From the NCBI GenBank assembly GCA_964619725.1, contig CAZUFC010000146.1, forward strand, positions 1 through 18,969: a DNA stretch of 18,969 nucleotides, read 5' to 3'. Shown piece by piece: positions 5,644 through 16,200 of the stretch. Position 1 is the first letter of the stretch. Each line of letters begins with the position of its first letter. Under the pieces are notes generated by a model, which worked only from the letters and a program-made list of their open reading frames with translations, was not told the origin of the DNA and made no database searches. The translations under genes were made by a program, and so were the position numbers. This DNA is from an uncultured bacterium (GTDB taxonomy: Bacteria > CSSED10-310 > CAZUFC01).

Positions 5644-8600
5644 ATGAATCATTCAAAGAGTATCCGATCATTACCCGAACGTGACCCGAAAGCAGGTGAA
5701 TTAGTCCAGGTAAGATCGCGTCGTTGGTTGGTCGAGGAGGTGATCGAATCCGGCATCGCCGGTCAGACTTCTGTAGTGCGGCTGGCATGTGCTGACGATG
5801 ATGCTCAGGGTCAGGTTATCGAGGTTTTTTGGGATTATGAGCCTGACCGGATGATTCTCCAGGAAGAGGGATGGGTTGATTTGGCTTCCCGGGGATTCGA
5901 TCCGCCGCATCAGTTCGGGGCATATTTTAACACTTTAAGGTGGAACTGCGTGACAGCGACGGATTCCACGCTATTTCAATCGCCGTTTCGGGCCGGAATT
6001 AAAATAGATGCGTACCAGATGGAGCCTTTGCGAAAGGCGCTACAGCTTCCGCGTGTCAACCTTTTCATCGCAGACGACACCGGCCTGGGTAAGACTATCG
6101 AGGCCGGACTGATAGCCCGTGAGCTTCTCCTGCGAAAAAAATGCAAGACTATTGTGGTGACGTCGCCTCCGTCGGTACTGGAACAATGGAAAGCGGAGAT
6201 GGAAGAAAGATTCGGTCTTGTTTTTGAGATACTTGACCGTTCATATTTTTCACGCGTGCGCCGTGAGCGCGGTTTCGGAGTAAATCCCTGGAGGACCCAC
6301 AGTCGTTTTTTGATTTCCCATAACCTGCTTATTAATTCAACTTATACCGATCCTATGCGTGAGTGGCTTGGGTCCATGCTGCCGGGCAGTCTTCTGATAA
6401 TCGACGAAGCTCATCATGCTGCGCCTTCGAGTGGGGGAAGTTACGGTATAGAGTCGAAGTTTACTCGCTCTGTAAGGGACCTTTGCGGCAGGTTTGAGCA
6501 TCGATTATTTTTATCCGCCACGCCTCACAACGGCCATTCCAACAGTTTTTCTACTCTGCTGGAACTTCTTGATCCCTATCGTTTTACCCGTGGCGTCAGG
6601 GTTTTGAAATCCGCGCTTGCCGACGTCATGGTCAGACGGATAAAAGAGGATATCAGAGTCGTCCAGGGAGGTTTCCCGAAACGCATCGTGGAAAGAATAG
6701 CGATTGAAGGTTTACCCGAAGATGCGCCGGAGTTGGAGCTTTCCAGGCTTCTTGACGAATACGGTAATCTCCGCGAAAAACGGTTCGCTCATACGACAAA
6801 GAAGGCTCAGGCAGCAGCCGGATTACTTTTGGTGGGATTGCAGCAACGTTTGTTATCATCTATAGAAGCATTTGCTCGCAGCCTTAAAGTGCATCGAAAA
6901 ACGGTTTTACGGCGATGGGAAAAGATGAACAAGCAAAATTCCACGGCTTCGGATGATTGTCATGGGGCGCTTTACGATAAAAACTTGTTAACCGGCGCCG
7001 TTGATTCGGATGACGAAAGAGCTGACTGGACGGATGAAGAACTGGATAAAGAGGATGCTGAGAATATTGAATCTGCGACAGATGCAGTCGAAGTTGAATA
7101 TAATGCTGATGCCGCTGCTGAGAAAATCTGGCGAAAAGAACAGGCTTTGCTGGATAGAATGGAGAGAATCGCTGAAGAATCGCGTTATGTGCCTGATGCC
7201 AAGACTATGCTTTTGATTGATTGGATACGGGAAAATCTCTGTCCGGGGTTGCCGCGGTTCGGTGAGAAGCCCGAAGGGTCGCCTCCCAAATGGAATAACC
7301 GCAGGGTATTAATCTTCACGGAGAACCGTCAAGGCACCAAACGATATCTCCGATACATCCTCGAACAGGCTATAGAGGGTACGGAGAATGCGGACGATAG
7401 GATTACAGTGATTGACGGCTTGACGAGCGCTTCGAAGCGGAAGGAAATCCAGCGTCGGTTCAATACGCCGCCGGAAAAAGACCCATTACGGATTTTGCTG
7501 GCAACGGATGCCGCCAGGGAAGGACTCAATTTTCAGGCGCATTGCACGGACCTTTTTCACTTCGATCTGCCCTGGAATCCCGGAAGAATCGAACAGCGAA
7601 ACGGCAGAATAGACCGGAAACTCCAGCCCGCATCCGAGGTTCGCTGTCACTACTTCGTGCTGCCGCAGCGTGCTGAAGACCGCGTGCTTGAAGTTCTTGT
7701 TCGTAAGACGGAAACGATTAAGAGTGAGTTGGGCAGCTTATCCCGGGTTATTGATGATGACATCGAACGTCTTTTGTGCAAACAGGGAATAAAACATAGA
7801 GAAGCAGCCCGGTTGGCCGACATCATTGGCTCGGCTGATATGGACGCAGAACGAAAAACTGTAGTTCAGGAGGAACTCGAAGACGCCAGGGTTAGAAAGG
7901 AAGGGCTGACAGAAGAGATCGAAAAATGCAGAAGACTTCTGCAGAAATCCAGGGAATGGGTGGGTTATAAAGAGAGACCGTTCAAAAAAGCGATTGATTG
8001 TTCATTAGAGCTCCTCGGCGCTGATCCTCTCCGGGAAAGTATGGATGAAAGCGGTCGACGCGTCTGGCTTTTTCCTGAACTTGACAGACGTGCTGAAACT
8101 GACCCTAGTTGGGCTTCAACGCTTGATACCCTGCGTCCGCCGCGTAAAACGGGTCAAAAAGTCACTGAATGGCGCCAGGATACCTCGATACGCCCTGTTG
8201 TGTTCGAGGATACAGGAATCGTTACCGAGGATACGGTACACCTTCACCTGGAACAGCGAGTGGTTCAGCGGTTGTTGTCGCGTTTTCATTCCCAGGGATT
8301 CGTTTATCACGATCTTTCCCGGTCATGCTTGACCCAGGTAAAGGATTCTATTCCACGCGTACTTCTGATGGGTCGTCTTTCCCTTTACGGACAAAATGCG
8401 GAAAGGCTTCACGAGGAGATCATACCTGCAGCAGCGCATTGGGTTCGTCCGTCGAAACGCAGTTCTCCCCTGTCGACTTATTCGACTCAAGCTGAATTGA
8501 AAACGATCAGATTGCTTGAAGAAGCTCTTGAAAAACGCAATGTCAACATTCCCGATAGAACAATTTCAAGACGGCTGCTTGATTCAGCAAACCGTGACAT

Positions 8601-8979
8601 TGAGGAATTACTTCCACAGCTTGAAAAACGCGCGGAAACAGTCGCCGAACGCGCGGTTAAAAAATTGAGGGAGCGGGGCGAGCGAGAAGCTGGAAAACTT
8701 CGGGAAACACTGGAAAGACAACGCAGTCGCGTAATCAAGGAACTGGAAAAAATTGACCGTGAAACGGGCGGTGAACAGTTAACCTTTGATTTTTTTGATA
8801 AATATACTATTGAAGAGAAACGTCAGAGAGAATCGGATATCCGTGCCTGGAAGTTGAGGTTAAAGCAGTTCGATAGGGATATTGAAACGGAACCTGATCG
8901 AATTCGTGACTTTTATGAAGTGAGAGCCCGACGCATCGAGCCTGTCGGCATCGTTTACCTGTGGCCGGAGACGAACTGA
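5644..8979 (+). CDS. drmD: DISARM class I SNF2-like helicase DrmD
   Basis: 1111 aa with SNF2 motifs ADDTGLGKT, DEAHH, LSATPHNG, TDAAREGLN and PWNPGRIEQRNGRIDR. N-terminal GELVQVRSRRWLVEEV. Directly upstream of the methylase-helicase-DUF1998-PLD genes. Confidence 0.93.
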   Translation: MNHSKSIRSLPERDPKAGELVQVRSRRWLVEEVIESGIAGQTSVVRLACADDDAQGQVIEVFWDYEPDRMILQEEGWVDLASRGFDPPHQFGAYFNTLRWNCVTATDSTLFQSPFRAGIKIDAYQMEPLRKALQLPRVNLFIADDTGLGKTIEAGLIARELLLRKKCKTIVVTSPPSVLEQWKAEMEERFGLVFEILDRSYFSRVRRERGFGVNPWRTHSRFLISHNLLINSTYTDPMREWLGSMLPGSLLIIDEAHHAAPSSGGSYGIESKFTRSVRDLCGRFEHRLFLSATPHNGHSNSFSTLLELLDPYRFTRGVRVLKSALADVMVRRIKEDIRVVQGGFPKRIVERIAIEGLPEDAPELELSRLLDEYGNLREKRFAHTTKKAQAAAGLLLVGLQQRLLSSIEAFARSLKVHRKTVLRRWEKMNKQNSTASDDCHGALYDKNLLTGAVDSDDERADWTDEELDKEDAENIESATDAVEVEYNADAAAEKIWRKEQALLDRMERIAEESRYVPDAKTMLLIDWIRENLCPGLPRFGEKPEGSPPKWNNRRVLIFTENRQGTKRYLRYILEQAIEGTENADDRITVIDGLTSASKRKEIQRRFNTPPEKDPLRILLATDAAREGLNFQAHCTDLFHFDLPWNPGRIEQRNGRIDRKLQPASEVRCHYFVLPQRAEDRVLEVLVRKTETIKSELGSLSRVIDDDIERLLCKQGIKHREAARLADIIGSADMDAERKTVVQEELEDARVRKEGLTEEIEKCRRLLQKSREWVGYKERPFKKAIDCSLELLGADPLRESMDESGRRVWLFPELDRRAETDPSWASTLDTLRPPRKTGQKVTEWRQDTSIRPVVFEDTGIVTEDTVHLHLEQRVVQRLLSRFHSQGFVYHDLSRSCLTQVKDSIPRVLLMGRLSLYGQNAERLHEEIIPAAAHWVRPSKRSSPLSTYSTQAELKTIRLLEEALEKRNVNIPDRTISRRLLDSANRDIEELLPQLEKRAETVAERAVKKLRERGEREAGKLRETLERQRSRVIKELEKIDRETGGEQLTFDFFDKYTIEEKRQRESDIRAWKLRLKQFDRDIETEPDRIRDFYEVRARRIEPVGIVYLWPETN

Positions 8980-11900
8980 TGGCTAAAATTGATCCTGCAG
9001 TAAGAGATCACCTGGAGTGGCTGGGTTTCGTTCAGCCCACGGGCCTGGTTTTTTCCGCTCCCGCTCTTGTCCGTGCCGGCGCCATACTTCCGCGGCGTGA
9101 TTCAGAGGGACAAAAAAGATTAATTGAATGCATTGAGGAACGCCTTTTCGATCCTAATGAAGTTCCGGCTCCTTTTATTCCTGACTTTCGTACATTCGCT
9201 GATAAAGTTCTAGGTTGGAGTTTTTCACCCAAAGGATATGCCGGAACAGAAGAATGCCCGATACCGGATGAACTGCAACTCTATTTGCCGGAATACGGCG
9301 AGACGCTCCGGCCTGATTATGCTGTTCGTGAATTAGAGCCGAGAGAGGGAGAAACAGCCTGGCAACTGCTTATCAGTGTTCTGGAACCCGGGCGGCATTT
9401 TGATCGATCTGAGCAACATGCAGGAGGTCTGGAATCGTCGCCTCACAGCCGCATGGAACGTTTGCTGAGAAATACCGGCGTCCATGCCGGGATGCTGTTT
9501 AACGGACGCGTGTTGCGTCTGATTTCTGCTCCGAGCGGCGAAAGCTCAGGCTGGCTCGATTTTCGCCTTGAGGATATGGTCCAGACAGCCGGCAGGCCTA
9601 TTACGTCCGCCATGAGATTGTTGCTCGGACAGACTCGACTCTTGAATCTGCCTCGCTCCGGGCGACTGACCGCGTTGCTTGAAGAGAGCCGCAAATTTCA
9701 GAATGAAGTAAGCGAAAGACTGGCGGAACAGGTGCTGCATGCTTTATACGAACTTTTGCGAGGTTTCCAGGCCGCGCATGATGCATCAAAAGGGGAATTG
9801 CTTCATTCATCTCTTTCAAAAAAACCGGATGAAGTTTATCGGGCGCTCTTAACGGTTATTTTGCGCCTGGTTTTCCTGTTCTACGCTGAAGAACGCGATA
9901 TGCTGCCGGAAAATGACACATTTACACAGTATTATTCAATATCGCAGTTATATCAACGTCTACGGGAAGATGACTCTCTTTATCCGGACACCATGGATCA
10001 GCGGTACGGAGCCTGGTCTCAGCTTGTGTCATTATTCCGTATAATATATGACGGCGCCGAGTATAAAACAATGAAATTGCCGAAAAGGCACGGCGATCTT
10101 TTCGATCCTGACAGGTTTCCCTTCCTGGAAGGCCGCATACCGGGCGTCGCACGTCAAATAAACGAAAGAATTGAACCTCCGCTGGTACCTGACGGAACGA
10201 TATACCGGGCATTGGAAAAACTCCTTGTTCTGGATGGCGAACGCATCTCCTACCGGGCGCTGGACGTGGAACAGATCGGGTCGGTATACGAGACAATGAT
10301 GGGCTTCAGACTTGAAACAGCTTCCGGGAAATCGGCTGCGATAAAGGCGGCGAAAAAATACGGCGCTCCGACGACGATCGACCTGGAAGCGCTGCTGGCT
10401 GAAAAACCGGAGAAAAGAAAAAAATGGATTCAGGACCGCTCCGATCTAAAACTGACCGCTCGCGTTAACAAAACCGTCAAGGATGCCGTTACGCTTGAAG
10501 ATTTGCATGCAGCTCTTGAACCGGTATTGGACAGGGCTGCGACGCCTGACCTGGTTCCCCGGGGCGCTATGATACTACAACCCAGTGAAGAACGAAGACG
10601 ATCCGGTTCCCACTATACCCCGCGTGCTCTTACAGAGCCCATTGTTCGCAAAGCTCTTGAACCGATCCTTGAGCGGTTGCGACCCCAAAAGAACATTCCG
10701 CCTTTGTCTGATGACATATTGGAAATAAAAATATGCGATCCTGCAATGGGTTCGGGAGCTTTCCTGGTTGAAGCCTGTCGTCAACTCGGGAATATCCTGG
10801 TGGAATCCTGGCGAGCACATGGCGATATGCCGGATATTCCGCCTGATGAGGATGACGTCGTTTACGCCCGACGTATGGTCGCTCAGCGATGTTTATATGG
10901 CGTGGACAGGAATAAAACGGCTGTCGATCTCGCTAAAGTTTCATTATGGTTGATCACATTGGCCAGGGACCATGCCTTCACTTTTCTTGATCATGCTTTA
11001 AGGCACGGGGATTCTTTAGTCGGTTTATCAAAAAAACAGATATCAGCATTGCACTGGGATGAGACGAAAACTTCTTTCGAGGGAATTCCCGTTCATCAAC
11101 AAATCAAAAAAGTAAATGAGATTCGACAACGTATTCGACAGGCAGACGAAAATATAAGCGACTTTGAATTACGTGATTTATGGGACCAGGCCGTAACGGA
11201 GATTAATAAGGTGCGAATTTACGGGGACCTGGTTCTGGCGGCCTTCTTTTCCAGCAGGAATGCAGGAAAGAGAGAGAAAAAAAGAATCGAATACGCGGAT
11301 GCCGTTTTCCAGGACAGGGCTGAAGAATATCGAGGCTGGTTGGACGAACGGCGTGAATCAGGTAAACCTTTGATTCCTTTCCATTGGGAGATCGAGTTCC
11401 CTGAAGTGTTCGAAAGAGAGAATCCGGGATTCGACGTCTTCGTCGGTAATCCTCCGTTTGCAGGGAAAAATACTACTTTAGCCTCGAATGTTAAGGGTTA
11501 CCTGGACTGGCTTAAGCAAATTAATACTGAAAGTCATGGAAATTCTGATCTGGTTGCGCACTTTTTCCGACGAGCTTTCGATCATATCCGTGAAGGGGGT
11601 ACGTTCGGTCTTATCGCTACCAATACTATCGCCCAGGGCGATACTCGTTCGACCGGATTACGTTGGATATGCAAACATAATGGAGTGATTTACAGCGCTC
11701 AAAAGCGTATAAAATGGCCCGGTCTTGCCGCGGTTATGGTCAGCGTAATTCATGTTATAAAGGGTGATTATTCAGGCGTAAGGTTGCTGGACGATGTTGA
11801 AAAGGAAAAAATAACCGCGTTTCTCTTCCACAGGGGAGATCATGATGATCCTGCAAAGATTTCAGCAAATGCCGGCATGAGTTTTCAGGGCAGCATAGTT

Positions 11901-12872
11901 TTAGGTATGGGATTCACCTTTGATGATACCGATACCAAGGGCATTGCAAATTCTATTGAGGATATGGAAAATTTAATAAAAAAGGACCCGGCAAATAAAG
12001 AGGTAATTTTTCCATATATAGGCGGAGAAGAGGTGAATAAGAATACTTCGCACACTAATTGCCGGTATGTTATAAATTTTGGAGAACGTTCTGAAAATGA
12101 GTGCAGAAGGCGTTGGCCCGATCTTATGATCTTATTGGAGGACAAAGTAAAACCTGACAGAATGAAAAAAAATGATAAAGTTGCTAGAGATAAATGGTGG
12201 CAATTCTTAAGACCTCGTCCAGAAATGCACGAAGCAATTGGAGAATTTGAAAAAGTATTAATAACCAGTCGTTATCAAAAAAATTGGTCCATATCACTAG
12301 TTGAAGCTTCAAGCGTATTCTCTGATACTATAATAGTTTTTGCTCTCGAAACATACGCCTCATTCTGCGCCCTCCAATCCCGAGTCCACGAGATATGGGC
12401 GAGATTTTTTGCTTCATCACTAGAAGATCGACTAAGATACACGCCGACTGACTGTTTCGAGACTTTTCCTTTTCCTGAGAATTGGAAAAACCATGCTGAA
12501 CTTGAAGAAGCCGGAAAAAGGTATTATGAATTCCGCGCTGAACTCATGGTGCGCAACAATGAAGGATTGACCAGGACCTACAACAGGTTTCACGATCCCA
12601 ATGAAATCGATCCAGATATCATAAAATTGCGTGAGTTGCATGCCGCCATGGACAGTGCAGTTCTGGATGCTTATGGGTGGAAGGATGTTTCCGTGCATTG
12701 TGAGTTTCTTCTTGATTATGAAGTCGATGAAGAGGAGGGAAATTCCCGGAGAAAAAAACCATGGCGGTTTAGGTGGCCGGACGAATTGCATGATGAAGTC
12801 CTGGGACGTTTAATGGAGTTGAATGCCCGACGCGCTGATGAGGAAAGGCGCGCCGGTTTGAACTTTAATTAA
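8979..12872 (+). CDS. drmMI: DISARM class I N6-adenine DNA methyltransferase DrmMI (type IIG/Eco57I-like)
   Basis: Motifs GSHYTP, DPAMGSGAFL (SAM-binding motif I), YGVD.N, FHWEIEFPEVF and GNPPF (catalytic motif IV), followed by a C-terminal target-recognition region. ATG 8979 (TGATG overlap with drmD, GGAG at 8967-8970) preferred over GTG 8961. Confidence 0.9.
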   Translation: MAKIDPAVRDHLEWLGFVQPTGLVFSAPALVRAGAILPRRDSEGQKRLIECIEERLFDPNEVPAPFIPDFRTFADKVLGWSFSPKGYAGTEECPIPDELQLYLPEYGETLRPDYAVRELEPREGETAWQLLISVLEPGRHFDRSEQHAGGLESSPHSRMERLLRNTGVHAGMLFNGRVLRLISAPSGESSGWLDFRLEDMVQTAGRPITSAMRLLLGQTRLLNLPRSGRLTALLEESRKFQNEVSERLAEQVLHALYELLRGFQAAHDASKGELLHSSLSKKPDEVYRALLTVILRLVFLFYAEERDMLPENDTFTQYYSISQLYQRLREDDSLYPDTMDQRYGAWSQLVSLFRIIYDGAEYKTMKLPKRHGDLFDPDRFPFLEGRIPGVARQINERIEPPLVPDGTIYRALEKLLVLDGERISYRALDVEQIGSVYETMMGFRLETASGKSAAIKAAKKYGAPTTIDLEALLAEKPEKRKKWIQDRSDLKLTARVNKTVKDAVTLEDLHAALEPVLDRAATPDLVPRGAMILQPSEERRRSGSHYTPRALTEPIVRKALEPILERLRPQKNIPPLSDDILEIKICDPAMGSGAFLVEACRQLGNILVESWRAHGDMPDIPPDEDDVVYARRMVAQRCLYGVDRNKTAVDLAKVSLWLITLARDHAFTFLDHALRHGDSLVGLSKKQISALHWDETKTSFEGIPVHQQIKKVNEIRQRIRQADENISDFELRDLWDQAVTEINKVRIYGDLVLAAFFSSRNAGKREKKRIEYADAVFQDRAEEYRGWLDERRESGKPLIPFHWEIEFPEVFERENPGFDVFVGNPPFAGKNTTLASNVKGYLDWLKQINTESHGNSDLVAHFFRRAFDHIREGGTFGLIATNTIAQGDTRSTGLRWICKHNGVIYSAQKRIKWPGLAAVMVSVIHVIKGDYSGVRLLDDVEKEKITAFLFHRGDHDDPAKISANAGMSFQGSIVLGMGFTFDDTDTKGIANSIEDMENLIKKDPANKEVIFPYIGGEEVNKNTSHTNCRYVINFGERSENECRRRWPDLMILLEDKVKPDRMKKNDKVARDKWWQFLRPRPEMHEAIGEFEKVLITSRYQKNWSISLVEASSVFSDTIIVFALETYASFCALQSRVHEIWARFFASSLEDRLRYTPTDCFETFPFPENWKNHAELEEAGKRYYEFRAELMVRNNEGLTRTYNRFHDPNEIDPDIIKLRELHAAMDSAVLDAYGWKDVSVHCEFLLDYEVDEEEGNSRRKKPWRFRWPDELHDEVLGRLMELNARRADEERRAGLNFN

Positions 12873-12980
12873 TGAGGAAAATGGAAGAATAATCAAATAA
12901 AAAATGTGACGGAAATGGGAAATGCTGAAATGCTCATAAAGAGTAAGGAATATTTAAAAGTTAAAAAGACACCCTGTATA

Positions 12981-13095
12981 AAAGTCCCCCCGCTTGCGGG
13001 GGGATTGAGGGGGGCAAAAAAAATTGCAAATTATTAAAACCGTCATGTCTTGCAAAAAAATAGAATAAAGACAATTAGTTATGTCACCCTTGTCA
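12981..13095 (+). repeat. Dispersed repeat copy 2, in the drmMI-drmA spacer
   Basis: TCCCCCCGC-TT-GCGGGGGGA (12985-13004) plus a G6 tract (13009-13014). The tail shares AATTATTA, CCG, TGCAA.AAAAT, CAAT and a terminal CTTGTCA with copy 1 at nearly the same spacing (80 vs 78 nt). Confidence 0.85.
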
Positions 13096-13227
13096 ATATT
13101 TCGGGATTTTCTTTTTCTTTGTTTCAGGCATAAACTTGTAAAAATCCAAAACAAAGAATCAAGTGAATCGGATAAGTTTTTCAATAAGTATGATTAAAAC
13201 ATCAAAAACTGATGGGGAATATGTTTA

Positions 13228-16200
13228 ATGACTAAAAAACGACAAAATTCGCCGAGGAATTCTCAAGAGGTCCGCGAGCGGTTGATTGAAGCGCTAAGGC
13301 TCGACCTGGTGGGACCGTGGTCGGGAAATGAACTGGCAGAAGAGCGACTGCCGGGTTGGGTGCGGCCTTCCAACTGGTATTTGACGGGATTTTTGATCCC
13401 ATCGGGCGCTTCGCCTGAGCAAAGTTCCGACATTGACGAAGACGATGATTTAGATGAAATACCAGAAAACTCAGGTCATGATGAGGAGAATTCGGAAGAT
13501 CGTCGTGCGGCGAAGAAGGGCTTTTTTCCGTCTTCGATGGGACTGAGTTTTCTAGTCGCCAAAGGGGCGGAGGCATTAAGTGTAAGAGTGACCTGGGGAG
13601 ATTATGAACCGGCTGAGATTCAAGTCAAGGAGGAGAAAAACATATCCGTATGGCAAAGAAGGCCGCAGGAAAGGTCAATCGATATTCCTTTGAATCAATC
13701 AGACCTTCCGGTCAAGAAAAAAATTCCTGATTCCGGCGGACTTATGATATTTGTGGTTGAAAGACTCATAACGGGAGAAGGACTGAGCGATCATATACCG
13801 GAAGGAACGCGTTCGGTATCGGTATTTCTAGTCAATTACCGTAGTTCGATTAAGGAGGAACCGGACCGTGCATTCGTATTCCAGCCGGAACTGCAAGTTC
13901 ACAGCGAAATTCCTTTCGTGCCGCGACCAGATTTAAGGGGAACGCGAGCGGAAGATTGGGATGAACAAACGGCTGACCTGCATTATGCGGAAACGCCGGC
14001 TTATGCCACAGGACACGGAGTTTCCGCTGAATGGACGATTACTGAGGGCGCATGCCGTTCTTTGCGTACGGTATGGATTCCCAGCGCCGAGGTTGAGAAA
14101 ACAAAAACAGTGCAGATACCAGGCGTGGAATTATCAATGGATAGACTAGGCGCTGTCAAGAACGGCTCAGAAGCGAAAACAGCGTTGATGCCCCTGGTTG
14201 ACAATTACCGGTCATGGATTGAAAATCGTCGATCGAACCTTGATGCCTGCAATCCCAGGCGGCATGAAACGGCTGAGGAATTGTTGCGTCTTGCCGGCGT
14301 TGCAGCCGATAGAATCGAACAGGGAATAACCATGCTCTCTAAATTTCCATCAGCGCTTGATGCCTTCCGCATGGCGAACCGTGCTGTAGGAAGGGCCTTA
14401 AAAAAACGGCTGAAGATCGACGATCAGAAATGGCGCCCTTTTCAGCTCGCCTTCATACTTCTCAATATTTCAGGAATAGCGGAACCGACAGACCCGCACA
14501 GGGAAACGGCGGATTTATTGTTCTTTCCAACCGGAGGAGGCAAAACGGAGGCTTATCTTGGATTGGCGGCTTTTGCCATGGTGTTGCGGCGTTTACGACA
14601 TCCTGATGATGATTTTAAAGCCGGCGCCGGAGTGAGCGTCATAATGCGATACACTTTAAGGCTTTTGACCCTGGACCAGCTCAATCGGGCTTCGGGTCTG
14701 ATATGCGCGCTTGAACTGGAAAGAAAACAGAATCCACAGCAGTACGGCGAATGGCCTTTCGAGATCGGGCTGTGGGTCGGCAAGGCTGCAACGCCGAATA
14801 TCATGGGACGCAAGGGTGATGGGCGATCGGATACTGCACGTATGAAAGTACGCCATTTCAAGAAGGACCCTCGTTTCAAACCCTCTCCCATACCTCTGGA
14901 AAATTGCCCCTGGTGCGGCAAGCGGTTCCGTCCCGACTCATTCACCTTACTTCCCAATGACGACCATCCGAAGGAATTGCGCATCGTCTGCGCCGACTTC
15001 GAATGCGATTTTACTCGCGAGAATCCATTACCTGTCGTCGCCGTTGATGAACAGATATACCGCAGACTCCCGGCATTCCTGATAGCAACAGTTGATAAAT
15101 TCGCGACTTTACCTTGGATGGGAAAATCCGGGGCGTTGCTGGGCGGCGCTGACCGCACCGGTGAAGACGGTTTTTATGGTCCGGCTGAACCCGGAATGGG
15201 AATACGCTTAACCGAACCGGTTCCGCCTCCTGACCTGATAATTCAGGATGAACTTCACTTAATTTCAGGACCGCTGGGAACCATGACGGGGCTCTATGAA
15301 TCCGCCATCGAGGCCTTATGCGTTCGTGAAGTTGACGAAAAGAAAATAAAACCCAAGATAGTCGCCTCGACAGCAACGGTAAGGAGGGCCCAGGATCAAA
15401 TACAGTCATTGTTCGGACGCGGAACGACGCAGATATTCCCTCCGCCAGGCCCTGACAGGAGGGATTCCTTTTTTGCGAGAATCGTTCCCGTTTCAGAAGC
15501 GCCGGCTCGTCTTTACGTCGGAATTGCAGCGCAGGGACGCAGTCCGAAATTGATCATGCGCCGTATCTGGCTGGCGCTTATGGCTGCGGCCGAAAAGGCT
15601 TATCGAGATGCCGGCGGTAACAGGAATAAAAAAAATCCTGCAGACCCCTATATGACCGTTCTAGGTTATTTCAACAGCCTCCGCGAACTGGGAGGCGCAC
15701 GAAGGGTTATTGAGGAACAGATACAGAATACGATTAAGGCGTATGGCGAAAGAAAACGTATAGGAGAAGAGAAAGGATTATTTCAGAACAGGAAAAATTT
15801 CAAAGAAGTGGTCGAGCTCACGTCAAGGGTTCCGACCAACAAAGCGGCTGAGGCTCGGCGACGTCTTGAAGCGCCTTTTTATGAAAAACAACGCGTGGAT
15901 TGCGCTATCGCTACCAATATGATATCAGTCGGACTGGATATTCCAAGGCTCGGATTAATGGTGGTGATGGGGCAACCTAAGACGCACGCTGAATATATCC
16001 AGGCGACAAGCCGCGTCGGCCGCGCAGATGACAAACCCGGACTGGTCGTAACCATGCTGAATGTTCATAAACCACGAGACCGATCACACTATGAACGTTT
16101 CAGGCATTATCATGAAACGTTTTACCGGTCCGTCGAAGCGGGAAGCGTTACGCCTTTTTCCGCCAGAGCGCTTGATAAGGGCTTAGCCGGCGCTCTCGTA

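Noticed and set aside
12985-13023. GC hairpin as a standard intrinsic terminator after drmMI
   Set aside because: On the plus strand it is followed by a G tract and an A tract rather than a U tract, the loop is only 2 nt, and the same element occurs at 91-122, so it is treated as a dispersed repeat.
12954-13184. 76-aa minus-strand ORF in the drmMI-drmA gap
   Set aside because: It runs through the repeat element, has no recognisable domain, and is antisense to the operon.
14553-15158. 201-aa antisense ORF, and the other shadow ORFs overlapping the drm, AlbA_2, TA and DUF1828 genes
   Set aside because: They overlap well-supported genes in other frames or strands and show no motifs.
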